Below, piece after piece: positions 20,382-30,401 of a stretch of DNA of 64,000 nucleotides; the stretch's first letter is position 1, and each line of letters opens with the position of its first letter. Position numbers and translations under genes: made by a program. Below the pieces are notes generated by a model. That model was not told the origin of the DNA. It saw nothing but the letters and a program-made list of their open reading frames with translations, and searched no databases. Source of the DNA: Bacteroidales bacterium (GTDB lineage Bacteria > Bacteroidota > Bacteroidia > Bacteroidales > UBA932); NCBI GenBank assembly GCA_017555965.1, contig JAFZFH010000134.1:35673-99672 (forward strand), written 5' to 3'.

Positions 20382-21515
20382 ATGAAATCCAGAATATCCA
20401 AAAAATTCCAGGCTCTTTTTAATGCAGAAGGTGAGTTCTTTGCCTCTGCCGGACGAATCAATCTTATTGGCGAACACACAGATTATAACGGAGGTTTTGT
20501 CTTTCCGGGTGCAGTCGATAAGGGTATGGTTGCGGAAATGAAGCCGAACAATACCGATAAGGTCAGAGCTTTTGCCATTGATATTGACGAATACTGCGAA
20601 TTCGGCCTGAATGAGGAGGATGCTCCTGTACAGAGCTGGGCCCGTTATATATTCGGAGTATGTCGTGAAATCCAGAAAAGGGGAGGGGTCGTAACAGGAT
20701 TCGATACAGTCTTCGCCGGAGATGTTCCTCTTGGTGCAGGAATGTCGTCTTCGGCGGCCTTGGAAAGCACTTTCGCTTATGCGCTTAATGAACTCTTCAG
20801 ATTGGGAATTGACAAGTTCGAGCTTGCCCGTATAGGACAGAGTACTGAACATAACTACTGCGGAGTAAAGTGCGGTATCATGGATCAGTTCGCGTCAGTT
20901 TTCGGCAAAGCCGGCCATCTTATGCGCCTGGACTGCCGTTCAATGGAATTCGAGTACTTTCCGTTCGATCCGGAGCAGCATGGATACAAGGTCGTTCTTC
21001 TTAACTCGTGTGTAAAGCATGAGCTCGTGGGTTCCCCATATAACGATCGTCGTGCGTCATGTGAAAGAGTTGCGGCAGTCCTTGGTCAGGAATTTCTCCG
21101 TGGTGCTACAATGGATCAGCTGGATGCCGTAAAGGATCAGATTTCTGAGGAGGATTACATGCGTGCCCGTTATGTCATCGGTGAGGAGCGCAGAGTCCTT
21201 GATGTCTGTGAGGCTCTTGGAAAAGGAGATTACGAGACCGTAGGTGCCCGTATGTATGAAACCCATTGGGGCATGTCAAAGGACTATGAAGTTTCATGCG
21301 AGGAGCTTGACTTCCTTGCGACAATTGCCCAGGAGTGCGGCGTGACCGGTTCACGTATCATGGGCGGCGGATTCGGTGGTTGTACCATCAATCTCGTCAA
21401 GACCGAACTCTATGACGGCTTCATTGCAAAAGCAAAGGCCGCATTTGCAGAGAAATACGGCCATGAACCTGTTGTAATTCCAGTCGTGATCAGCGACGGT
21501 GCCAGAAGAATTTAA
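20382..21515 (+). CDS. galK: Galactokinase
   Basis: GRINLIGEHTDYNGG, PLGAGMSSSAA, CGIMDQ, GSRIMGGGFGGC. Confidence 0.95.
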   Translation: MKSRISKKFQALFNAEGEFFASAGRINLIGEHTDYNGGFVFPGAVDKGMVAEMKPNNTDKVRAFAIDIDEYCEFGLNEEDAPVQSWARYIFGVCREIQKRGGVVTGFDTVFAGDVPLGAGMSSSAALESTFAYALNELFRLGIDKFELARIGQSTEHNYCGVKCGIMDQFASVFGKAGHLMRLDCRSMEFEYFPFDPEQHGYKVVLLNSCVKHELVGSPYNDRRASCERVAAVLGQEFLRGATMDQLDAVKDQISEEDYMRARYVIGEERRVLDVCEALGKGDYETVGARMYETHWGMSKDYEVSCEELDFLATIAQECGVTGSRIMGGGFGGCTINLVKTELYDGFIAKAKAAFAEKYGHEPVVIPVVISDGARRI

Positions 21516-22174
21516 GCCAGCTTCGAGCTGAGCCAGGTGGCATCTACTTTGGAGAAACCGTCTTCCGGGCGGACCTGAGGGTTGCGCTCGAGGATACCTG
21601 CACAATCCTGATATACATTCCATCCGATATTGACGCCAAGCATCTGGCCGTCAAGGGCATACATGAATGTAAGGATACGTCCGTCGTCCTCTCCTTCGCT
21701 GCGGTAGAAATGGAAGGCTGATGCTAGGAATTCCTCCTTCTGTTCTGCTGAAACACTTTTCTGTATCATCTCCATCTTTGTGACGTATTTGCACATCTCA
21801 AGTACCACGTCGTCAAGTCCTGCATCGCTGATCAGAACCTTTTCCATAAGCGATCCCATATCGTTTACCCTGCGGAGTGTATAGCCACCCATTGCCTTTG
21901 TGTGCATGGTTATGGCCTGCATCTGAGTCTCTGAAATCTCGCCCTCAGGTATGAACCACAGCATAAGCTTTGCTGACGGATCATGGTAGAGGGTTTCGTA
22001 TCTTGCAAGGTTCACCTGCTTGCAGTGAGGACACTCCCACAGGAAGAGGGAACCGTCGCGAACCTTATCCTTGAGCTCGGGATTCTCTGAGATATTGATG
22101 CTTCTGTATACTGTTACTGTGTTCTGCTGACCGCATTTGCTGCACGGTGCAATGGCTTGTGAAGTGATTGACAT
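21512..22174 (-). CDS. CpXC-domain protein
   Basis: CSKCG...SIN...P.LK..V..GSLF..ECPHC...LYHD pattern. Confidence 0.75.
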   Translation of the reverse strand: MSITSQAIAPCSKCGQQNTVTVYRSINISENPELKDKVRDGSLFLWECPHCKQVNLARYETLYHDPSAKLMLWFIPEGEISETQMQAITMHTKAMGGYTLRRVNDMGSLMEKVLISDAGLDDVVLEMCKYVTKMEMIQKSVSAEQKEEFLASAFHFYRSEGEDDGRILTFMYALDGQMLGVNIGWNVYQDCAGILERNPQVRPEDGFSKVDATWLSSKLA

Positions 22175-22175
22175 A

Positions 22176-25100
22176 TTAGAATGAAACGTTGAATGTTGGT
22201 CCTACATAGTGGCGTCCTACAGATGCTCCGCTCTGCTGAGCAAAAACATTGAAGCCTGTTCCGCCGTTGTATGAATATGTTATTCCGAATGAGCAAGGCC
22301 ATTCGAGAGTAAGTATGCTGTTCATGTCGAGGATGAGCTCCGCTCCTGCCGAGAAGAGTCCGTATCCTCCTGCAAAGGTATAGTCAAAATGTGGATTGAC
22401 CACGAGTCTCTTGATCGAGAAGATGTTTCCTCCTATTGCCGGATCTCCTATGAAGATCGGGAACGCATAATCAGCGGTAAGTCTTGTCATCTGGCTGTAG
22501 TGAATGGAGAGCCAGCTTAAAAGAGCCGGGCCTCCGCTGAATCCGCGAGGAAGGATATTTACCAGAGCCTGTCCGAAAGGAGCATCAGAAAGCTTTATCT
22601 GGTGCATTGCGCTAAGCTTGATTCCATGCGTCGCCATCAGGCCAGGGACATATCCGTAGAGATATCCGTATCCCATAGGTGAAAGATATTCTGAGCTTTC
22701 CAGGTTTCCGTATGCGCCCGCTTCCGCTCCGATACCCCATTTAGGATAAACGGCAGAATTCGGTGTTGAAAGCATAGTATAAGCCCTTAATGATCCGCTC
22801 AGACTATGTCTGAAGGTGTTCTTTCCTTCTGTGCTGTAAAGGAAGGAACAGAAGTCTCCCTGATCTTGAGTTACGACCATTGAGGTGTTGAACTTATCAT
22901 TGCTGATCCTATATGTAAGCTTTGGAATCAGTCCCTTGTGCCATCCTCCCGAAGAGAAGCTCCACGGAATATACATCGATACATTTCCTTCGATATAAGG
23001 AGTATTCAGGGCACGGCTGCTGATGGAAAGACTGGTTCCTTTATCCATCTTGCAGGCAGTTACGTTATATTGTCTGGCAGCCCTGTCATTGAAGTCAACC
23101 TTTGCTTCGATTACGGGGTAAAGTCCTGAATATGTGAATCTTGCATGTCCTGAATGTCTCCACTTGGATGGATCGTACTGATCCTTGTGTGCGGAATATC
23201 CGAATTCTCCGGATGCATTCGAGAGGCGGTTCTGGATGATGCCGGTTGCACCAAGAGATGCCGCCTGCCATGTCTGATCATATGCCATGTTCATTATCCT
23301 GTCTACATTCACATACAGGGGAGCCCACGAGTGTACATTGAACATGTGGGGGAACTTGCGATATCTTTCAGGCTGGGAGAAATTCACCTCGGGTTCGGTC
23401 ACGGATTCATTGAAACCGTCTTTTGCAGCCAGCACCTTCTCCTGCTCTGCCAGCGCCTCTGCCAGCACCCATTCGTGCTTCTGTGTAAAGTCCGCTTCCC
23501 TGTCCACCAGGTCTTCGACGGCTGTGCGGAATATCTGCATACCCTTTACTGTCTGCGACGAATAATACAGATATCTGCCTTCGTCGTCATATGCGAAGTC
23601 AGATGCGCCGTATCTGGTCACGGTCTTCTGACGGAGAGCACCGGTCGAAGGGTCAAGGTGATAAAGTTCGTTTACTCCTGTCCTGTCGCAGGTAAATATT
23701 ATCTCGTCACCATATTTCTTGAAATCCTGGATCTTTACAGGTTGAGGTGCCAGCATCACGGACCATTGTCCGTCAGCAAACCTGTATATTCCATATCCCT
23801 GGTCACTTATACCTGTCGCAAGAATGTCTTTTCCGGCCCATGCGGCTTCAACCAGCTGTATGCCGGACGGACCTTTGACAGACGACTGCTCTTTTCCGTC
23901 GGCAGCATTGATTACGGTAAGGAGTGAATTTCCGTTAAAAAGGTATTCGACTGTCGCGATGAGGGTACCGTCTTCATTGACAGCAGGATTGTAAAGAAGT
24001 CTTCCGGTGTCTGTAAGCTTCCTTTTACCCGTTTCGCCAGTATAGGCATATCTGATTCCTGATTGAGATTTCAGCGACCATCTCGGGTCTGCCGATGTCT
24101 CGCTCCAGTAAAGTTTCTTCTGCGATGCCTTAAGATCGCTTGTCTGGTAGGCAAAGCGTGACACCTTCTTTTCTTTTCCCAAGCTGTCGATGGTGACCAG
24201 AAGAGGAGTGGTTTCATGGCCGCTCTTGATTGAATATAAGGTGTTGTCGAGAATTACTGTTCCGCGATAATCAGCGTACAGGCGAGGCTCTTCAGTAACC
24301 GCTTCCATAGGTATGAACGGCGCTCTTGCCTCTGCCTCTGCTACCCAGATATCATGCATTGTATGGCAGACATCCTGGAAAGCTTCCTCAAATTTCTTTC
24401 CTGTGGCTTTCTTTGCAGTTGTGTAGAAGGCCGCGAGGTTATATGGACGGCGCGCAGAAAGCTCATAAGCCTCCTTCATGAATTCCGGGCAGTCATACAG
24501 GTATCTGAAACCTCCGATCGTAAGATATCCGAGAGCATAGTGGTCCGGTGCGTACCTTCGCTGAGACCCCAGTCTCCATTGGTCCCATCTGCGGAAATCT
24601 CCGTTGTCAAAGGCGACCTTGTAGTAGTTCAGAAAGTCTGCGGTCCTTCCGCGGCCGGAATTTGTGAGTGCGGTTTCCGCTATGACGGCATCGCCTTCGA
24701 TATTCGAAAGTCCAGGATAAATGAGGGATGCAAGAATGTTCCACATTTCTCCGAATGCCCATCCGAAAGGCTTCTGTGCCTGTGTCATACCGAACTGCAT
24801 CTGGGTCACATGTCTGCCCTCATGGACAGAGAGCATTGTGGACCAAGGCATTGGTTCCGGGGCATATGGGGAAGGGATGGTGAAAAGGTCCATTCGCTTG
24901 GGAGCCCATGCTACCGATCCGTTAGCGTCATTATATGCATGCATCACGACCGGCATCTTTCCCTTGTTGAGGTATCCTGTGCTGCGGGATACAGGTTTTC
25001 TGAACTTCTCGAGGCTGTATCCGTACTCTCTTGCGAGGGAATCAGTTCCTTCCGGGTATATTATGCTGAAGTTGTCAGTCTCTACCGTGTACCATTTCAC

Positions 25101-25193
25101 TCTTCCCGGGTCGTCTCCTGTCAGATAGAACTGAGCATTGAGACATACAGGAAGAAGCAGTGATATGACTATGGTTAAAATGACTCTTTTCAC
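22176..25193 (-). CDS. Large outer-membrane protein: gluzincin-like domain + beta-propeller + C-terminal beta-barrel
   Basis: Signal peptide, HEGRH (HExxH) with downstream EGDAV, propeller-like repeats (DRTGVNELY), amphipathic strands, terminal NVSF. Confidence 0.65.
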   Translation of the reverse strand: MKRVILTIVISLLLPVCLNAQFYLTGDDPGRVKWYTVETDNFSIIYPEGTDSLAREYGYSLEKFRKPVSRSTGYLNKGKMPVVMHAYNDANGSVAWAPKRMDLFTIPSPYAPEPMPWSTMLSVHEGRHVTQMQFGMTQAQKPFGWAFGEMWNILASLIYPGLSNIEGDAVIAETALTNSGRGRTADFLNYYKVAFDNGDFRRWDQWRLGSQRRYAPDHYALGYLTIGGFRYLYDCPEFMKEAYELSARRPYNLAAFYTTAKKATGKKFEEAFQDVCHTMHDIWVAEAEARAPFIPMEAVTEEPRLYADYRGTVILDNTLYSIKSGHETTPLLVTIDSLGKEKKVSRFAYQTSDLKASQKKLYWSETSADPRWSLKSQSGIRYAYTGETGKRKLTDTGRLLYNPAVNEDGTLIATVEYLFNGNSLLTVINAADGKEQSSVKGPSGIQLVEAAWAGKDILATGISDQGYGIYRFADGQWSVMLAPQPVKIQDFKKYGDEIIFTCDRTGVNELYHLDPSTGALRQKTVTRYGASDFAYDDEGRYLYYSSQTVKGMQIFRTAVEDLVDREADFTQKHEWVLAEALAEQEKVLAAKDGFNESVTEPEVNFSQPERYRKFPHMFNVHSWAPLYVNVDRIMNMAYDQTWQAASLGATGIIQNRLSNASGEFGYSAHKDQYDPSKWRHSGHARFTYSGLYPVIEAKVDFNDRAARQYNVTACKMDKGTSLSISSRALNTPYIEGNVSMYIPWSFSSGGWHKGLIPKLTYRISNDKFNTSMVVTQDQGDFCSFLYSTEGKNTFRHSLSGSLRAYTMLSTPNSAVYPKWGIGAEAGAYGNLESSEYLSPMGYGYLYGYVPGLMATHGIKLSAMHQIKLSDAPFGQALVNILPRGFSGGPALLSWLSIHYSQMTRLTADYAFPIFIGDPAIGGNIFSIKRLVVNPHFDYTFAGGYGLFSAGAELILDMNSILTLEWPCSFGITYSYNGGTGFNVFAQQSGASVGRHYVGPTFNVSF

Positions 25194-25218
25194 TGTGTTA
25201 CCCTCTAAAACTTATTTA

Positions 25219-25245
25219 CAAATCTAATTATTTTTTATATTTTTG
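25219..25245. promoter_or_regulatory. Divergent -7 promoter elements
   Basis: caaatcta 25219-25226 (-) and tatttttg 25238-25245 (+). Confidence 0.6.
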
Positions 25246-25270
25246 TGGTCCATACCATATCAAAATCTAT

Positions 25271-27028
25271 ATGACAACTATTCTGAATGTGCTTTCTGTG
25301 CTTGGAGGACTTGCGATGTTCCTCTACGGAATGGCACTTATGAGCGAAGGTCTCCAGAAATCTGCAGGTGACCGTCTCAGGTCCTTCATGGCGAAGATGA
25401 CTTCCAACTCCTTCAAAAGAGTTCTTACCGGAACAGTAGTCACTGCCCTTGTACAGTCTTCATCGGCAACTACAATCATGGTGGTGAGCTTCGTGAACGC
25501 CGGACTTCTCACTCTCGGCAATGCCATCGGTGTGATCATGGGAGCGAATATCGGAACCACCCTCACTGCATGGATCACTTCTCTTGGATTCTCAGTGAAC
25601 ATCGCTCTTTTTGCGGTGCCGATGATGGCTATCGGATTCCTTTTGCATTCTTCAAAGAAATCATCACTCAAGAATATCGGTCAGTTCCTCATGGGATTCG
25701 CCGTCATGTATGTCGGCCTCACATTCATGAAGGACTGCTCGAATGCGGTGCTTAACAGCTATCAGTCAGGCATGATGAGCTTCTTCGGAAGCATCAACGG
25801 TTTCGGCTTCGGTTCTGTGCTGCTCTTCCTCATCGCCGGTGCGGTGCTTACAATCGTTCTTCAGGCTTCAAGTGCGACAATGGCCATCACAATGCTTCTT
25901 GCTGCGTCCGGTCTCATCGACTTCAAGCTTGCAGTGGCAATGGTACTCGGTGAGAACATCGGTACAACAATTACAGCCAACATAGCTGCGGCAGTTGCAA
26001 ACACCTCTGCAAAGAGAGCTGCGCGTGCTCATACAATATTCAATCTTGTCGGTGTGGTGTGGGTACTTGCCCTTCTCAGACCTATCATCGGTCTCATCTG
26101 CGTGATTATGGAATCCCTCGGATTCTATGACCCTATGCAGGCAAGCCACCAGCTTGCGGTTATTGCTGAGAACGGTCTGCAGGTCAGCCCTGAAGACATG
26201 GATATGTACAAGAACTCCCTTCTTTACGGTATCGCCATGCTTCACACCCTCTTCAATGTAACAAATACTCTTATCCTCATATGGTTCGTTCCTCTTATCG
26301 AGAAGGCTGTCATATATCTCGTCAAGGAACCTAAGGGTGAGACTGAGGTCTTCCGCCTCAAATATATTTCAGGAGGTCCTCTTTCTACTGCAGAGCTTTC
26401 TCTCAACGAGGCACAGCAGGAGGTTATCCATTTTGCTGAAATCTGCCGTAACGGATTCGTTTATCTCCGTCAGGCCGTCAATGAGCAGAATCCTGAAAAG
26501 TTCGATGCTCTGAATGAGAAGCTCATCAAGTATGAGGAGATTACAGACAGAATCGAGTTCGAAATCGCATCATACCTGAACGAGGTTTCCAAGAATGAAA
26601 TCAGTGAGGAAGCTGTAAAGGATATCAGGGCGATGTACAAGATCGTCAAGGAGATGGAGTCTCTTGGAGATTCAGGAGAGGCTATCGGCCGTATCCTCAA
26701 GAGAAAGAATGTACACGGAAAAGTCTTTGACAAGAGCATTCTTGACCGTCTCAACAAGATGATGGATCTTGTCCAGAAGGGTTATGATGTGATGGTTGCC
26801 AACCTCAGGAGCGAATATCTTACTGATATTACAAATGCAGTCAATGCTGAATACAACATTGATGAGTGCAGAAGACATCTCAGAGAGGAGCACATCGTCA
26901 ACATCGAGAACAACAGCTATAACTATCTGACAGGAGTCTATTATATAGATGTTCTTAATGAGCTTGAGAAGATAGGTGACTTCCTTATCAACATTTCTGA
27001 AGCAGCAGTAAGAAAGGATGAAAAATAG
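25271..27028 (+). CDS. Na/Pi cotransporter family protein with C-terminal PhoU-like domain
   Basis: QSSSAT and QASSAT repeats, GANIGTT and GENIGTT, C-terminal E.IGD motifs. Confidence 0.92.
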   Translation: MTTILNVLSVLGGLAMFLYGMALMSEGLQKSAGDRLRSFMAKMTSNSFKRVLTGTVVTALVQSSSATTIMVVSFVNAGLLTLGNAIGVIMGANIGTTLTAWITSLGFSVNIALFAVPMMAIGFLLHSSKKSSLKNIGQFLMGFAVMYVGLTFMKDCSNAVLNSYQSGMMSFFGSINGFGFGSVLLFLIAGAVLTIVLQASSATMAITMLLAASGLIDFKLAVAMVLGENIGTTITANIAAAVANTSAKRAARAHTIFNLVGVVWVLALLRPIIGLICVIMESLGFYDPMQASHQLAVIAENGLQVSPEDMDMYKNSLLYGIAMLHTLFNVTNTLILIWFVPLIEKAVIYLVKEPKGETEVFRLKYISGGPLSTAELSLNEAQQEVIHFAEICRNGFVYLRQAVNEQNPEKFDALNEKLIKYEEITDRIEFEIASYLNEVSKNEISEEAVKDIRAMYKIVKEMESLGDSGEAIGRILKRKNVHGKVFDKSILDRLNKMMDLVQKGYDVMVANLRSEYLTDITNAVNAEYNIDECRRHLREEHIVNIENNSYNYLTGVYYIDVLNELEKIGDFLINISEAAVRKDEK

Positions 27029-27968
27029 AAATATAATCATATTGGTTTCATTCCTGCTTGCAGCAGGATGCGGACAGAAAAAGGCGGAGCAGTTCAATGC
27101 TCTGCCTTTTCCCGATATTACCATTCCTGCAATGATCCAGACCCAGCAGGATGCCGCGAATTATTATGCGGAACATTTCTGGGACAACATTACAGCCGCG
27201 GACAGGGCATATCCTTGTGATTCACTGCTTGTAAGCGGTGTGAGCAAGGAGGATGTGGAACAGAAGTTCGCAAACTGGCTCTCGATTCTCGATATGGTTG
27301 AGCTCAGGACTTCTGAAAAGGCGATAAAGAGCTTGTGTGACAAGATATTTGCCTGTGAAAGAAAAGACTCCTCATCCAATGTTTTCGAAACTTTTGCATC
27401 CCTTGCAGATAAGTATATATATGATCCGAATTCTCCTATGAGAAATGAGGAACACTACCTGCATTTTGCAAGCCGTCTGGCTTCATATGAAGGTTTTGAC
27501 GAGCTGGAAAAAGACAGATTCCGTCATCAGGCCGAAGGTTGTGCCGTTAACCGTATTGGACAGAAAGCCGCCGATTTCACCTTTACAGACAAGAGAGGCA
27601 AGGTTCACTCTCTTCATGGTGTAAACGCCCCTTATACCCTGCTTTTCTTCAGTAATCCGGACTGCGACGCCTGTCTTAACATCATCAACATGCTTAAAGA
27701 TGAGCCGAAGGTGATGGCTATGGTGGAAGATGGCTTCCTTGCTGTATTGAATATCTATATTGATGAGGATATCCAGTCATGGATCGATTATATGCCTGTA
27801 TATCCGGAAAACTGGTATAACGGCTTCGATCAGGATCTGGTGATCAGAAATGAAGGCCTTTACAGCGTCCGTGCAATACCGTCTCTATACCTTCTTGACA
27901 ATGAAAAAAGGGTCATCCTGAAGGATGCCCCTGAAAACAAGATGATGCACTATCTTGTAAATCTCTGA
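27018..27968 (+). CDS. DUF5106/thioredoxin-like lipoprotein
   Basis: Lipobox AAGC, EHFWD, YDPNSPMRNE, FSNPDCDAC, AIPSLYLLD. Confidence 0.75.
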   Translation: MKNRNIIILVSFLLAAGCGQKKAEQFNALPFPDITIPAMIQTQQDAANYYAEHFWDNITAADRAYPCDSLLVSGVSKEDVEQKFANWLSILDMVELRTSEKAIKSLCDKIFACERKDSSSNVFETFASLADKYIYDPNSPMRNEEHYLHFASRLASYEGFDELEKDRFRHQAEGCAVNRIGQKAADFTFTDKRGKVHSLHGVNAPYTLLFFSNPDCDACLNIINMLKDEPKVMAMVEDGFLAVLNIYIDEDIQSWIDYMPVYPENWYNGFDQDLVIRNEGLYSVRAIPSLYLLDNEKRVILKDAPENKMMHYLVNL

Positions 27969-28589
27969 TTATTTTGTCAACTCAAGTCCGAGCTTCATTC
28001 CGTCGTACTGATTTACGAGGGTTCCGATTGTCTTGAGTGTCGAATTGCTGCTGGTTGATGTAAGCTTTCCAAGGAGTTCAAGGAGTCTGTCAGCAGGGAA
28101 AAGGAGATTGAGCTCGCTTGCTGTAGCAGATACTGCAGCGTTGAAAGGTTTCAATCCGAGAGTGCTTCCGAACTGAAGAGTCATTGTCTTGTAGTCCTCG
28201 CTGAGTGAATATGTACCATTGAAGTTCTTTCCCTTTACAGTCGCAGTGAAAGACTTATCTTCCTTGAATGTGAAAGAGAATGTACCGGCCTTGATTCCTA
28301 CCTTTGACGCGTATGAATCAAGCTTGTCCTCTATCTGACCGGCTGCAAGAGAAGCTGCTGTACTCGTAAGAATGTCTTCACTTTCCAATTTGACAGCGAT
28401 TCCCGAGTATGTCCATGTTCCTGTGACATCTGTCTTGATAGTTGTTCCTGTTACGCTTTCAACAACATTTTTAACGGTCTCGCTGCCAGCTGCCTTTTTC
28501 AGGAGATCTGTAAGGCTCTGAGCTGACGCTGTCTGTCCGCAGAGACAGAGTGATCCTGCCATGAGGATGATGCTGATGATCTTTTTCAT
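27969..28589 (-). CDS. DUF4923-like (lipocalin-like) exported protein
   Basis: Signal peptide, GTWTYSG.AV..ES, GTY, YDGMKLGLEL. Confidence 0.7.
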   Translation of the reverse strand: MKKIISIILMAGSLCLCGQTASAQSLTDLLKKAAGSETVKNVVESVTGTTIKTDVTGTWTYSGIAVKLESEDILTSTAASLAAGQIEDKLDSYASKVGIKAGTFSFTFKEDKSFTATVKGKNFNGTYSLSEDYKTMTLQFGSTLGLKPFNAAVSATASELNLLFPADRLLELLGKLTSTSSNSTLKTIGTLVNQYDGMKLGLELTK

Positions 28590-28601
28590 TGTCTTTATAG
28601 T

Positions 28602-29612
28602 TTATTCGTTATTCCAACCTTGTGCCTTCATCGGCAGTTCCACGCCGTCCGGAGTTACAACTGCAGCTCCCACTTCCGGCTTTGCAAGATGTCCGATGAT
28701 ATCGAACGTCTGGAAGTCGTGGCGGAACTTTTCATGTTTTCCGATAGGAATCGTAAAGAGCAGTCTGTAGTCTTCTCCACCATTCAGTGCGGCAGAAATA
28801 GGGTCGATGTTAAGTTCCTTGCCCAATTCGAATGTCTTACCGGCAAACGGGAGCTTGTCTACATATATCTTGGCTCCAAGACCGCTGTCACGGACAAGAC
28901 GCTTTACCGCGTCAGCAAGTCCCCTTGTCACGAGATATCCATATGACGGGATGATTTCAGCATCTTCCATCTGGGATATGGTCTTTGCATTGATCTGAGG
29001 CTTCAGATATGCTCCTACAAGGTGCTTGTAGTCTTCGAGCTTCGGCTGTGCCTTTGCATCTCCGCTCTTTTCGAAGGCTCTCTTCTCTCTTTCGAGTACC
29101 TGGAATCCCATGAATGCCGCTCCGAGATTGTCAGATACGCAGATGAGGTCCATGCTCTTTGCTGCAGGGCGGCGCTTTGCTGTCAGAAGACTTGTCTCGC
29201 CATTAGCAGAGACGCTTACAGCAAGTCCGTTTGGAGAAGGAACAAGGTCCAGAGAGACCTTTAAATATCCGTGCTCTTTTGCTGCTGCAACTACACCTTC
29301 CCAGATTTCCTTTATGTGCTTGAGGTCAAGCTTTGACGATATGCCGAGTCTGATGTCCAGGGTACGCGGATGCGAGAACTCTGCGTAGAGCTCTCCGGTT
29401 ACTGCAGTCACGCATTTATAACCGAGGTGCTTGAGCGGAAAATATACAAGATCGAAGTCGATGCCTTCGATGAAGGTTCTTGACTGCTGGGTTACATATG
29501 ACTTTCCAGAGGTTTCAAACCAACTGCTTTCGAAAGGTTTGTAGGGTGTTCCCTCGTAGAGTTTCGCGATTGCCTCGACTCTGCCGAGATCTGAGAATGT
29601 TTCTTCTGCCAT
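28602..29612 (-). CDS. Thiamine-monophosphate kinase (ThiL)-like protein with degenerate active site
   Basis: EGIDFDLVYFPLKHLGYK, LGAAFMGFQVLEREK, ALNGGEDY, AQGW match Bacteroidetes ThiL; GDD and DxSDG motifs absent. Confidence 0.8.
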   Translation of the reverse strand: MAEETFSDLGRVEAIAKLYEGTPYKPFESSWFETSGKSYVTQQSRTFIEGIDFDLVYFPLKHLGYKCVTAVTGELYAEFSHPRTLDIRLGISSKLDLKHIKEIWEGVVAAAKEHGYLKVSLDLVPSPNGLAVSVSANGETSLLTAKRRPAAKSMDLICVSDNLGAAFMGFQVLEREKRAFEKSGDAKAQPKLEDYKHLVGAYLKPQINAKTISQMEDAEIIPSYGYLVTRGLADAVKRLVRDSGLGAKIYVDKLPFAGKTFELGKELNIDPISAALNGGEDYRLLFTIPIGKHEKFRHDFQTFDIIGHLAKPEVGAAVVTPDGVELPMKAQGWNNE

Positions 29613-29631
29613 GATATGAATCGTATTTATG

Positions 29632-29659
29632 CAAAAATACAATAAAATAGTTAATTTTG
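29632..29659. promoter_or_regulatory. Divergent -7 promoter elements (thiL-like / EEP-like)
   Basis: caaaaata 29632-29639 (-) and taattttg 29652-29659 (+). Confidence 0.6.
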
Positions 29660-29663
29660 TTGT

Positions 29664-30401
29664 ATGAAAAGGATTGTTACAACACTTATTCTGGCAATAC
29701 TGGTACAGTTTGCCATGAATGCGCAGGACCTCAAGGTCATCTCATATAATATAAGATACAGCGAAGCCAAAGACGGAACGAACTCCTGGGTTTACAGATA
29801 TGCAGCCAGCGCAGAAATGATGCAGGATCAGCAGGCTGATGTGATCGGTCTTCAGGAAGCGGCAAGCGACCAGATCGAATTCGTCGAGCAGAACTTCAAG
29901 GAATATAAGGCGGTAGGAAAATACGCCTCTGTACTTTGGAACAAGAAGACGGTTTCTCTTCTGAAGTCCGGATCGCTTGATGCTGCAACATGGACGCTGA
30001 TAAAGCATAAGAAGACAGGTAACAGATTCTATCTTGTCAATGTGGACATGGAAAAGACTCCGGATGCCGAGCGTAAGGGGGTCCTTCGCCAGATTCTTGA
30101 TAAGGTGGCAGAACTGAATACAGAAAATATACCTGTTGTCGTTACAGGCGGATTCTATATGAAGCCGTCGGATCCGGATCTTTCAGACATCAATTCAGAA
30201 ATGATCAATGCCCGCACGTCCGCTGCAAAGACAGACAATACGGGCACATATCACAATTGGGGAAAGTGTTCTGACATTATCGACCACATCTATTATTCAA
30301 GCTTCTCGGACTGCCTGGAGTATCAGACTGTAACAACGAGATATGCTGACAGGAAGTTCGTTTCCGACCATTATCCGATAATGACTCTGCTTACTTTTTA
30401 A
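29664..30401 (+). CDS. Secreted EEP-superfamily protein, compact and partly degenerate
   Basis: SYNIRY, DVIGLQE, IDHI and SDHYP present; GDFN replaced by GGFY. Confidence 0.8.
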   Translation: MKRIVTTLILAILVQFAMNAQDLKVISYNIRYSEAKDGTNSWVYRYAASAEMMQDQQADVIGLQEAASDQIEFVEQNFKEYKAVGKYASVLWNKKTVSLLKSGSLDAATWTLIKHKKTGNRFYLVNVDMEKTPDAERKGVLRQILDKVAELNTENIPVVVTGGFYMKPSDPDLSDINSEMINARTSAAKTDNTGTYHNWGKCSDIIDHIYYSSFSDCLEYQTVTTRYADRKFVSDHYPIMTLLTF

